A stretch of 64,000 nt of DNA from Thermodesulfobacteriota bacterium. GTDB taxonomy: Bacteria > Desulfobacterota > Desulfarculia > JACQYL01. The position numbers and the translations under genes were made by a program. The notes beneath the pieces are model-generated. The model made no database searches. It saw nothing but the letters and a program-made list of their open reading frames with translations, and was not told the DNA's origin. Each line of letters starts with the position of its first letter. The stretch's first letter is position 1. The stretch spans positions 3,104,001 through 3,168,000 of the forward strand of contig CAXXLZ010000002.1 of assembly GCA_963675595.2 (NCBI GenBank), read 5' to 3'. Shown here piece after piece: positions 42,501-50,938 of this stretch.

Positions 42501-42777
42501 GGCAAATGAACATGCAAGTGAGATCGATTTGGTCATAACCGATGTGGTCATGCCGGAAATGAATGGAAAAGAATTGGTGGAACGGCTGTCGTCTCTTTAT
42601 CCGAACATGAGAAGCCTGTTTACATCCGGCTACACGGCGGATGTCATCGGTCACCATGGAGTGCTTAACGAAGGCGTGCACTTCATACAGAAGCCGTTCT
42701 CCAGAAAGGACTTGGCGAGCAAGGTACGGGAAGTCCTTTCGGCGAACCACCCCTCTCCCCGTCGACAAGAAGAATGA
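39547..42777 (+). CDS. Membrane hybrid histidine kinase with two Cache (sCache_2-like) domains, PAS, REC
   Basis: TM, [11 protein letters not shown]...[14 protein letters not shown] and [10 protein letters not shown]...[22 protein letters not shown], TM, 2 PAS, [10 protein letters not shown], REC. Confidence 0.95.
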   Translation: [1076 protein letters not shown]

Positions 42778-43580
42778 CGGTTGTCTTCCGACGAAAACGC
42801 CCCGAAATTCGATGGGGGCACATCGGCCATAACCCTGAACTTCTCGGTGCCGAAGGCGCACAAACCTCTCTTTCTCGCATAACCATCAAAATTTACTATA
42901 TTAGCCCTTTTGAACTGTCAGAGCTGAGTTTGACCCCCTATCTTAATTTCGCGACCGTAAAAATCCGATGGCCGCTCCGGCTTATTTTTCGCCGTTTTCC
43001 AGAGAGTTACCCCCACTATCCCCCCTATCTCCTTTCTCCCCACAAAACGAACGGTCCACCTCCCTCACGCCAATATTCCCAGGCAAGGTTCATGAAGAAC
43101 TTCCTTTTTTCGGCATTACGGGATGCCATGGCCGCCTCACGCCGATGGAGCGCCCTTGCGAGGTTGAAATACCCCATGGAATCGATGCTATGACCGTTGG
43201 TGACGATAAGGAGATAGTCCTCTTCCTCAGGAGCAAGTCCGTCCGGCAAAAGTCCCCTTCCTTCGGCCGGGTCGGTCATGAGCTTCCTTTCCTTGAGGAA
43301 GGCCGCATTTCATTCGGCCTCCACCCGGTGGTGGGAACGTGTGCAACGTTCCTCACCACCCTATAGGGTGTACACTGCTTCACGCAGCCTGGCACTGAAA
43401 TCCTTGGCAACGTAAATGAATATTATGTCAAAGGTTCCAAAACCTTTTAAAAAGAAGTAATTGCCGATTCCCAGCTTAATACAAGCGTCTTCCAAGGGTG
43501 ATCTAACATTTAATTCTTGCCCCTGTAGGGAGCGGCTATGGAGGCGAAGGTCTTAACTGCGCTTTGTGAATAAATTCTCA

Positions 43581-43609
43581 TTGACCTCGTCTTGTATAGA
43601 CGTTAAGCT
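43581..43609 (+). promoter_or_regulatory. Putative sigma70 promoter for the riboswitch leader
   Basis: TTGACC-N17-TAAGCT immediately upstream of the cobalamin aptamer. Confidence 0.7.
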
Positions 43610-43614
43610 GCTCG

Positions 43615-43775
43615 ACAAATGTTGAAGGAGCCCTAACGGGCTGGACGGGGAAGACGGTGTGAATCCGTCACGGTCCCGCCGCTGTAAACGGGGACGAAAG
43701 CCGCAAGGAAGCCACCGATGATCGGGAAGGCGCGGCGAGTAGGCCGATCCGGAAGTCAGAAACCCGCCTTCAACC
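43615..43775 (+). ncRNA. Cobalamin (B12) riboswitch aptamer
   Basis: Conserved elements in order: GGGGAAGACGGTGTGAATCCGTCACGGTCCCGCCGCTGTAA ... GCCAC ... GGGAAGGC ... AAGTCAGAAACCCGCCTT. GTTGAAGG pairs with CCTTCAAC as P1. Lies upstream of a TonB receptor. Confidence 0.92.
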
Positions 43776-43829
43776 GAGAGATCCGTTTTGGCCTGCGCGT
43801 ACTACAGGCTCAGCGGTGCCACTCCTTTG

Positions 43830-43886
43830 ACAGGCTGTTGAAAAGCGCGATCCGAGGCATTGTGCCCCATCGTTTTTCCGGCCTGT
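43830..43886. mobile_element. Internally deleted, degenerate copy of the MITE at 46377
   Basis: acaggctgttgaaaagcgcgatccgaggcattgtgccccatc|gtttttccggcctgt aligns with both ends of the 46377 element. Confidence 0.55.
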
Positions 43887-43975
43887 ATCTGTGTCGGTCC
43901 TTTTTGTAACCGGGCCGTCAAGGATCATTGCGGCGGATCTGTCAGGGGTGGCCAAGTAAAATGGGTGCAGTCCCC

Positions 43976-44002
43976 CCGGCACGTATGTGCCGGTTTTTTT
44001 TT
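43976..44002 (+). terminator. Intrinsic terminator in the riboswitch leader (likely attenuator)
   Basis: CCGGCAC-GTAT-GTGCCGG hairpin followed by T9. Confidence 0.85.
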
Positions 44003-44243
44003 GCTTGAACAACGGGCACATACGAATCGCGGTGGCGGAAGACCGGGACGTCGCGTACGGCGAACCGGTGTTCCGCATCGATTCACTTCAAGTCGCCCGT
44101 GACGTTCATGTCGAAGCCGGAGGCGCAGCCCGGCGCTCCCCATGGTCCGGGCGAATCCTCTGTTGTCGCTGTGTTGTGGTTGAGGACGTTTGTCTTGAGT
44201 TGAACCGCCCATGAAGGGGGCACCCATGAAGGAGGAAAGCGCC

Positions 44244-46379
44244 GTGAGAAAGGGAATGCAGGGATTCATCAACCGGACGATGCTGCTCGCATCCATGCTG
44301 TTCATGTTGTTTGGACTTTCGCTCGCATCCGCCGTGTACGCGGAAGAAACCCGGGAGGAAGGCGTTTCGAAACACGTAACCTTGGCCCCGGTGGTGGTCT
44401 CGGCCACCAAGACCGAAGAAAACACCATGGAGGTGCCATTTTTCGCGACGGTGATCACCCGGGATGATTTTGAAAAGATGGGGGCCCAGACCATCGAGGA
44501 AGCGCTGCGCAGCGTGCCGGGCCTTCAAATCGGCACCCAGGGCAACGCCTATCCGCACATCGAGGTACGAGGTTTCCGAGACACCAAGGACCTGGCCGTG
44601 CTCATCGACGGCATCCCGTTCCGGCAGGTCAACGGGTCGGCGGACTTCACCATGCTGCCTTTGGGCATCGTGGAAAGGATCGAATTCATCAAAGGGCCCT
44701 CTTCGTCCATTTGGGGCCGAGGCGCCGTTGCCGGAGTGCTGAACATCGTCACGAAACCGGACGACGTGTCCAAACTGCAGGCCAAAGTGCAGGCCGGCGG
44801 CGGCAGTTTCGGTACGTTTCGCGGAGACGGACGCGGGATTCTGCCGTACGAAGACGGCTACCTCATGTTGAACGTGGGCGGGTCCATCAGCGACGGTTTC
44901 CAGGACGGCACGGACCGGGACGCCGGCAATGTGCTGCTGCAACTGTCCCACAACTTCACCCGCAAGTTCGGTGTGGAGGCTCAATATCTCTTTTCCAGCG
45001 TGAATGCGAATCGTGGTTCCATTATTCCTCTGATTGACGGGGAACCCGCATACGGAGTGGAGGTGGACGACAATTTCGGTATCGACGACGCGAAATATGA
45101 CGGTCAATATCATTCCCTCACCGTATCACCCAGGCTGGAACTGCTCCCCGGTCTGGTGCTGAAAGACAGCGCCTCCGTGACGCATTTCGACCGTTTCGCC
45201 ACCGGAGGCATCACCATTACCCCCACGACCAGGACCAAAGGGTGGTGGGAAACGGACTCTGCGCAGACAAGCGTACACAACGACCTGAATCTGACCTGGA
45301 ATCAGGCCTTCGGAGGATTCGACAACACGCTGCTCGTCGGCAACTATCTCGAATTCGGGGATGAGGAGCAGAAGAGTCCCAGCTATTCCGGCGCGCCCAC
45401 CTACGGTCCTCCGGACTGGCAAACCCCGCTCAGCAACGTGGACAATCCCGCCAAAGGAAACAAGGGCGCCACAACCCGGAGCGACTTCGACCAAACCATT
45501 GTGAGCTTCTATATCCAGGACCGCATCGAATACGGTCCCCTGTCGTTGTTGGCCGGTGTGCGATATGATCATTTCGACGAAGAGCTGCGCCGGTCCAACC
45601 AGGACGTTGTTGCGGAACAGTCCGACAGCGCCTGGAGCCCCCGCTTCGCGGCGGACTGGAACTTCTATCGCGGGGAAAAGACCCAACTGGCCCTCTTTGC
45701 CAACTATGCCGAAGGCTTTCGGACCCAGTTCCCTTCTTTGAGCACGAAAAACGGCGTGACGTTACCGAACCTGCTGGATCCCGAAGAAACCGAAAGCTAT
45801 GAAGGTGGCTTGAAGGTAACGGCCCTGGACGGAAACCTCTTCGGCCAGATCGGGGTCTTCAGAACCGAAAAGAAAGGACCGCGCTCCTTCCGCACCAGTG
45901 AGGACGATTTTCTCTTCACCAACGCCCGCACTCGGGTGGACGGCGTGGAAACCGAAGTTCGTTATCGCTTCAATGAGATGTTCAATCTTTGGGCGCATTA
46001 CGCCTATCACGACGCGCACTATCTCGAATTCAAGGATTCCAGCGGAAACTCCTTCGAGGGTTACCGGGTCCGTATGTCGCCTCGGCATATCGCCGGCGCG
46101 GGTGCGAATTTCTTCTACCAGGGGTTCAACTGGAACGTGTCCTGGAACTACACGGGAAACCGGAACCTGCGTGACAATACGGTGGACGAGCCTCAAAACC
46201 TGCCGTCGTACAACGTGGTCAATACGGCCATCGGGTATACGTTCCTCAAGTACGAGATTCAGTTCGTGGTCAACAACCTCTTCGACGAGTACTACATTTC
46301 CGACGATTTCTCGTCCCAGGAGGCGGGCTGCGCCGGAGCTCCCCTGAACTTCTTCGTTTGGCTGAAAGCCGAATTCTAG
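44244..46379 (+). CDS. TonB-dependent receptor (cobalamin-riboswitch regulated; BtuB-like role likely)
   Basis: Signal peptide, TonB-box/plug (VVVSATKTE, ALRSVPGL, IEVRG, VLIDG, IERIEFIKGP-like, GAVAGVLNIVTK), NLFDEYY, terminal Phe (WLKAEF). GTG 44244 has an AGGAGG RBS (ORF track start 44211). Confidence 0.95.
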   Translation: MRKGMQGFINRTMLLASMLFMLFGLSLASAVYAEETREEGVSKHVTLAPVVVSATKTEENTMEVPFFATVITRDDFEKMGAQTIEEALRSVPGLQIGTQGNAYPHIEVRGFRDTKDLAVLIDGIPFRQVNGSADFTMLPLGIVERIEFIKGPSSSIWGRGAVAGVLNIVTKPDDVSKLQAKVQAGGGSFGTFRGDGRGILPYEDGYLMLNVGGSISDGFQDGTDRDAGNVLLQLSHNFTRKFGVEAQYLFSSVNANRGSIIPLIDGEPAYGVEVDDNFGIDDAKYDGQYHSLTVSPRLELLPGLVLKDSASVTHFDRFATGGITITPTTRTKGWWETDSAQTSVHNDLNLTWNQAFGGFDNTLLVGNYLEFGDEEQKSPSYSGAPTYGPPDWQTPLSNVDNPAKGNKGATTRSDFDQTIVSFYIQDRIEYGPLSLLAGVRYDHFDEELRRSNQDVVAEQSDSAWSPRFAADWNFYRGEKTQLALFANYAEGFRTQFPSLSTKNGVTLPNLLDPEETESYEGGLKVTALDGNLFGQIGVFRTEKKGPRSFRTSEDDFLFTNARTRVDGVETEVRYRFNEMFNLWAHYAYHDAHYLEFKDSSGNSFEGYRVRMSPRHIAGAGANFFYQGFNWNVSWNYTGNRNLRDNTVDEPQNLPSYNVVNTAIGYTFLKYEIQFVVNNLFDEYYISDDFSSQEAGCAGAPLNFFVWLKAEF

Positions 46380-46497
46380 ACTGGTGAAAAACGCGATCTG
46401 CGGCGTTGCGCTTCATCCCTCGTCACTGCGGCGTACTTCTATGTACGCCTTCCTCGGGATTCGCGTGCCTTGCATGTCATCGTTTTTCACCAGTCTA
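46377..46497. mobile_element. ~121-bp MITE with perfect 17-bp terminal inverted repeats
   Basis: TAGACTGGTGAAAAACG (46377-46393) and CGTTTTTCACCAGTCTA (46481-46497) are exact reverse complements; internal hairpin GGCGTAC...GTACGCC; no ORF. Confidence 0.8.
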
Positions 46498-46559
46498 TGG
46501 CAGCCGGCCTTTTTCAACGGTCTGTAAGCGTATCGTTTCAGAACTTCATTTCAATCCAA

Positions 46560-47205
46560 GGCCGCTCCGCCTGTGGCGGTGCGGCCCTGCTCAAAAGTTT
46601 GCGGGGGGTTCGGGGGGCGCTTTTTCCAAAAGCGCCCCCCGGTGATCCGATGCGGGGGTTTTGTCGTTGGGATTGTGTGGATTCAATGCTTGTAGGGGAA
46701 CGACAACGCTTCCCGAGCGGGGGCGTGAGGGCGCGCTTGGAGCAGAAAATCCGTATCCGATCCATCAGTAAAGCAGGATAATCTTTTGTGTAAGGTCTTT
46801 TCAGAGACGTTCCGCACCGGACCGGCCGCTCCGCCCGCGGCGGTGCGGCCCTGCCAAAAAGTCTTACGGGGGGTTCGGGGGGCGCTTTTTCCAAAAGCGC
46901 CCCCCGGTGATCCGATGCGGGGGTTTTGTCGTTGGGATTGTGCGGATTCAATGCTTGTAGGGGAACGACAACGCTTCCCGAGCGGGGGCGTGAGGGCGCG
47001 CTTGGAGCAGAAAATCCGTACCCGATCCATCAGTAAAGCAGGACAATCTTTTGTGTAAGGTCTTTTCAGAGACGTTCCGCACCGGACCGGCCGCTCCGCC
47101 CGCGGCGGTGCGGCCCTGCTCAAGAGTTTTACGGGGGGTTCGGGGGGCGCTTTTTCCAAAAGCGCCCCCCGGTGATCCCACGGAAGGATATTGTCGTTGG
47201 GATTG
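46560..47205. repeat. Tandem ~265-bp repeat (~2.4 copies) carrying a REP-like hairpin GGGGGGCGCTTTTTCCAAAAGCGCCCCCC
   Basis: The unit start gccgctccgcc recurs at 46561, 46825 and 47090, and the copies are near-identical. Confidence 0.93.
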
Positions 47206-47254
47206 CACGCGTGCACCGAAACAACGCGGCTTTCCGGGCGCGCTCCTTCTTTGG

Positions 47255-48469
47255 ATGGTCGTGCTGTGCGCCTTGGCTGCGACGTGGGGATGCCGACCGG
47301 CGCCCAAGGATGATGTGGAACTGACCTGGGCCGTGAATCAGCACGAAACCCGTTCGGACGCCGTGACTCAGTTTGAACGGGAGAACCCGGGCATCCACGT
47401 CCGTATCCGACCCATCAGCGATCCCAGGCAGCTCTTTTTGCAGAGCCTTTTCGGCGACGCTCCGGACGTGATCACTTTTTTTCAGGCGGATTTCTTTCAG
47501 AACTTCGCCGTGAACGGACTGCTGCGGCCCTTGGACTCGAAGGATTACGAGCCCTGGCCGTTCTATGCCGGGTTGAAGGACTACTGCTTCCGGCGGAAGG
47601 ATGGAGCCCTCATGGCGCTGCCCCAGGTGGCCTATCCGTATGTGCTTTATTTCAATCCGGATTGGGTTTCTCGAGAAAAGGCCGCGACGGTCCACACCTG
47701 GGAGGACCTCGGACTCTTGGCAGGCTCCGTAGATCCAGGGCGAAACAGCGCGGGAAAGAAGGTCTTCGGCCTGGACATCCAGAGCGACGCCATCTGGTTC
47801 CTCACCTGGTATCTTCAGAGAGGAGGCCGGTTGTTTCGGGAGGACGGGGAAAAACCGGCTTTGGACCGACGCAAGGCGGTGGCGACCCTGGAGGCCATGC
47901 AACAATGGCGGTCCGTTCCGGGGTTGGTTCCCGAGCCCGGCGATCGGCTGAATCTGCCCTCCAAGGGGTCGAGTCAAGGCGTTTTGGGCAGCCTGTTCTT
48001 GCAGGGGCGAGCGGTTTTCTACTGGTCGGGCAGCTGGAAAATCTACGACTTCGTCCATCAGAACCGGGTGCGTTGGGGTGTTCTTCCTCTGCCCGCCGGT
48101 CCGGCCAACGATTTGACCATCCTGGGGTGCAACTCCTTTGGAGTGTGCTCCCGATCCGCCCATCCCAAGGAGGCGGAACGGTTCGTTCGTTATCTGTCCG
48201 GCCTGAAGGGACAGGAGCGCCACGCGCGGCATTCGATTTTCATGCCCGCCAATCCCGCGTGCCCCGTTCCCGGTGAATACTCGGTATTGAAGGATCAGAT
48301 CGGCCGAGCCCGGACGTTGGAATACGGCTCCGGGTTCAACGAAGCTCGGATGAAACACGCCGTGGAACAGATGCTGGAAGCCCACCGGCTGGGGTTCGTG
48401 GGGGCCGAAGCGTCCATTGATCGACTGATGCGGGTTCTTTCGCAGGAATCTACAGGTCCGCGGCCATGA
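47255..48469 (+). CDS. ABC transporter solute-binding protein (family 1, carbohydrate/CUT1-type), probable lipoprotein; start uncertain
   Basis: Hydrophobic leader ending TWGC; FERENPGIHVR, GDAPDV, YVLYFN, FLQGRAVF..SGSW, WGVLPLP, HPKEAERFVRYL. Confidence 0.85.
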   Translation: MVVLCALAATWGCRPAPKDDVELTWAVNQHETRSDAVTQFERENPGIHVRIRPISDPRQLFLQSLFGDAPDVITFFQADFFQNFAVNGLLRPLDSKDYEPWPFYAGLKDYCFRRKDGALMALPQVAYPYVLYFNPDWVSREKAATVHTWEDLGLLAGSVDPGRNSAGKKVFGLDIQSDAIWFLTWYLQRGGRLFREDGEKPALDRRKAVATLEAMQQWRSVPGLVPEPGDRLNLPSKGSSQGVLGSLFLQGRAVFYWSGSWKIYDFVHQNRVRWGVLPLPAGPANDLTILGCNSFGVCSRSAHPKEAERFVRYLSGLKGQERHARHSIFMPANPACPVPGEYSVLKDQIGRARTLEYGSGFNEARMKHAVEQMLEAHRLGFVGAEASIDRLMRVLSQESTGPRP

Positions 48470-49350
48470 AGGCATTTCACGATCAACGAGGAATGCTGTA
48501 CGTACTCCCTCTGTTGACGGGAGTGGTTCTGTTTACCGTGGTTCCGGGCGTCATGGCCGTTTACCTGTCCTTTTGCCGGTGGAGCTTCACCACGTCCCCC
48601 GAATTCATCGGCTTGTGGAATTATCGAAAGCTGCTGGGTTTGGGCGGTACCGCCCCGGACCCGCTCTTTGTGCAGGCCCTCGTCAACACGCTGATCATTG
48701 CGTCCATGGTTCCTTTGCAGGTGGCGGGAAGCTTTCTGCTGGCCGTTTTTCTGCAGCATCGGAATCCGTGGGGGCAATTCCTACGCCTCATCGTGTTCCT
48801 TCCCACCCTGGTGAGCCCCGTGGCGCTGTTCATTCTTTGGCGATGGATTTTCAATGCGGATTTCGGGTTGATTTCCCTGGCCCTCGGCAAGGCGGGGCTC
48901 GCGGGACCGGCCTGGTTGGAGGACCCGACTTGGTCCAAGCCGGCCGTGATGCTGGTCCTGCTCTGGGAATCGGTGGGGAGTTTTCAAATGCTGTTCTTCC
49001 TGGCGGCCCTGCGGCAGATTCCCGGACAATTGCACGAAATGGCTCGATTGGACGGTCTGGGTTTTTTTCATAAGGCCCGGGCCGTGTACTTTCCCTGGCT
49101 CAAGAAAGCGGCCCTGTTCAACGGATGCCTCGGGTTGCTGGGGGCCCTGCAGGGCGGTTTCGAAATCACCTATATCATGACCGGCGGAGGACCCGTGGGC
49201 TCCACCACCACCCTGTCCTTGTACCTGTTTCAGAATGCCTTTGAATGGGAACGGGTGGGATATGCGTCGGCCGTGGGCGTCGCCATGTTGGCGCTCGTCT
49301 CGCCTCTGCTCCTGGCGGCCGGGCTGCTGCGCGGAAAGCGTCCGCAGTGA
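48466..49350 (+). CDS. Carbohydrate ABC permease (MalF/UgpA-like)
   Basis: FIGLWNY, WRWIFN..FG, WLEDP, EAA-like LHEMARLDG, YIMTGGGP..STTTLSLY; ATGA overlap. Confidence 0.93.
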   Translation: MKAFHDQRGMLYVLPLLTGVVLFTVVPGVMAVYLSFCRWSFTTSPEFIGLWNYRKLLGLGGTAPDPLFVQALVNTLIIASMVPLQVAGSFLLAVFLQHRNPWGQFLRLIVFLPTLVSPVALFILWRWIFNADFGLISLALGKAGLAGPAWLEDPTWSKPAVMLVLLWESVGSFQMLFFLAALRQIPGQLHEMARLDGLGFFHKARAVYFPWLKKAALFNGCLGLLGALQGGFEITYIMTGGGPVGSTTTLSLYLFQNAFEWERVGYASAVGVAMLALVSPLLLAAGLLRGKRPQ

Positions 49351-50333
49351 CCCTGGAAATCGGAAATCGCATGGATCGAAACCCCATCCAAGAGGTCGTA
49401 AACGGAAAGACATTCCGTTCAGGCCCCATGGCACGGCGAGTCCTCGTCGCGAGCGTGGGTCTGCTCATCGTGATAGTCTATGTGGCTCCCTTTCTGTGGA
49501 TGCTGTCCACCTCTCTCAAGACCAATGAGGCCCTGTTCGACGATTCGGGATTCCTGAGCCGTTTTCTGCCGCAACCGTTCCAATGGAACAACTACGGCGA
49601 ACTCTTTTCGCAGATTCCCTTCGCCCGATACCTGGTCAACAGCCTGGTCGTGGCGGCGTGCGGCGCAATGCTGGAAACCGCCGTGTCCACACTGGCCGCT
49701 TTCGGGCTGAGCAGGGTGCGATGGAAGGGCGGCGGGCCGGTGTACGGCATGATCTACCTTTCCTGGTTGATTCCCTTCTCCGTCATCATGATTCCCAGGT
49801 TCCTGATGTTCGCCTATCTCCCTCAATGGCTGTGGCCGTCGGAATTCTGGAACGCCTCACGGGTGATTCCCCTGGCCGGGGTGGAAATCGAAATCGGCCG
49901 CCTCGCCGGCCTGGACTCCTTCGCAACTCTCATCCTGCCGGCAAGCGTGTCCGTGGGAGCCGCTTTTCTGCTCATGACCGCCATGAGCCGTGTGCCCGTA
50001 CCCTTGCTCGAATCCGCCTACCTCGAATCCGGTTCCGTGTGGCGGGTCTTCCGGGATATCGTGGTTCCCTTGGTGAAACCCACCATCATCACCGTGGCCT
50101 TTATCGCCTTTTTGTCCTCCTGGCAGAGCTTCACCTGGCCTCTCCTGGTCACTTCGAGCCTGGAAATGCAGACCGCTCCCATCGGCTTGAGAGCCTTTCA
50201 GGCCCTGCATTCCACCCAATGGTCCCTATTGATGGCGGGAAGCGTGATCCTGACCCTGCCGTCCATCTTCCTGCTGTTTACGGCTCAACGCTACGTCATC
50301 GATCGATATGAACTGACGGACCTGGATGATTGA
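49347..50333 (+). CDS. Carbohydrate ABC permease (MalG/UgpE-like)
   Basis: PFLWMLSTSLKT, WNNY, YLVNS, degenerate EAA (LLESAYLESG), FTWPLLV, MAGS; GTG overlaps the upstream TGA. Confidence 0.92.
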   Translation: MTLEIGNRMDRNPIQEVVNGKTFRSGPMARRVLVASVGLLIVIVYVAPFLWMLSTSLKTNEALFDDSGFLSRFLPQPFQWNNYGELFSQIPFARYLVNSLVVAACGAMLETAVSTLAAFGLSRVRWKGGGPVYGMIYLSWLIPFSVIMIPRFLMFAYLPQWLWPSEFWNASRVIPLAGVEIEIGRLAGLDSFATLILPASVSVGAAFLLMTAMSRVPVPLLESAYLESGSVWRVFRDIVVPLVKPTIITVAFIAFLSSWQSFTWPLLVTSSLEMQTAPIGLRAFQALHSTQWSLLMAGSVILTLPSIFLLFTAQRYVIDRYELTDLDD

Positions 50334-50866
50334 GTGGGGGGCGCTTTTGGAAAAGCGCCCCCCACGCCCCCCGTAAAACGTTCAAGAGTGGACGCACCGC
50401 CTGGGGCGGAGCGTCTCGTACCCCCACAATGGTGCTTCTTCGCCCGTTTGGGAGAAGTAAGAGCCGTTGGAAGTTAGCAAGGCAGCCGATTCCTCCCTCA
50501 GGCTCTCCGCCGAAGGCGGCGAAGCGGCGCTCAAGGGTTTTGCAGGGGGTCCGGGGGATGCTTTTCCAAAAGCATCCCCTGGAATGATGAATGGTCGGTT
50601 TATGATGGTGGGGGGCGCTTTTGGAAAAGCACCCCCCACGCCCCCCGTAAAACGTTCAAGAGTGGACGCAGCGCCTGGGGCGGAGCGTCTCGTACTCCCA
50701 GAATTAAACGTCTTAGCCCATTTGGGAGATGTATGGAACGTTGGAAATTAGCAAGGCAGCCTATTTCTCCCTCAGGCTCTCCGCCGGAGGCGGTGAGGCG
50801 GCGTTCAAAGGTTTTGCAGGGGGTCCGGGGGATGCTTTTCCAAAAGCATCCCCCGGAAATGAAATG
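50334..50866. repeat. Two ~274-bp BIME-like units, each bounded by inverted REP-like elements
   Basis: Units start at 50334 and 50608. The left element GGGGGGCGCTTTTGGAAAAGCGCCCCCC and the right element GGGGGATGCTTTTCCAAAAGCATCCCC face each other. Same family as 46560-47205. Confidence 0.92.
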
Positions 50867-50938
50867 AATAAAAAATTCTTCTCTATGCTTTCTTCAAGCC
50901 CGGCAACGGTTGTTGCGGCGGGAAATTTGGATGATGGT

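Noticed and set aside
42774-43366. ORFs between the last kinase and the riboswitch; possible transposase remnant
   Set aside because: No transposase or other motif recognised
44244-46379. Assigning gene symbol btuB
   Set aside because: Supported only by riboswitch context; orthology cannot be established by eye
46406-47307. Repetitive ORFs (MCKVFSETF..., GALFPKAPP)
   Set aside because: Translations of the non-coding repeat
46560-50866. Possible CRISPR array
   Set aside because: Units are 265-274 bp with repeated rather than unique spacers, and there are no cas genes
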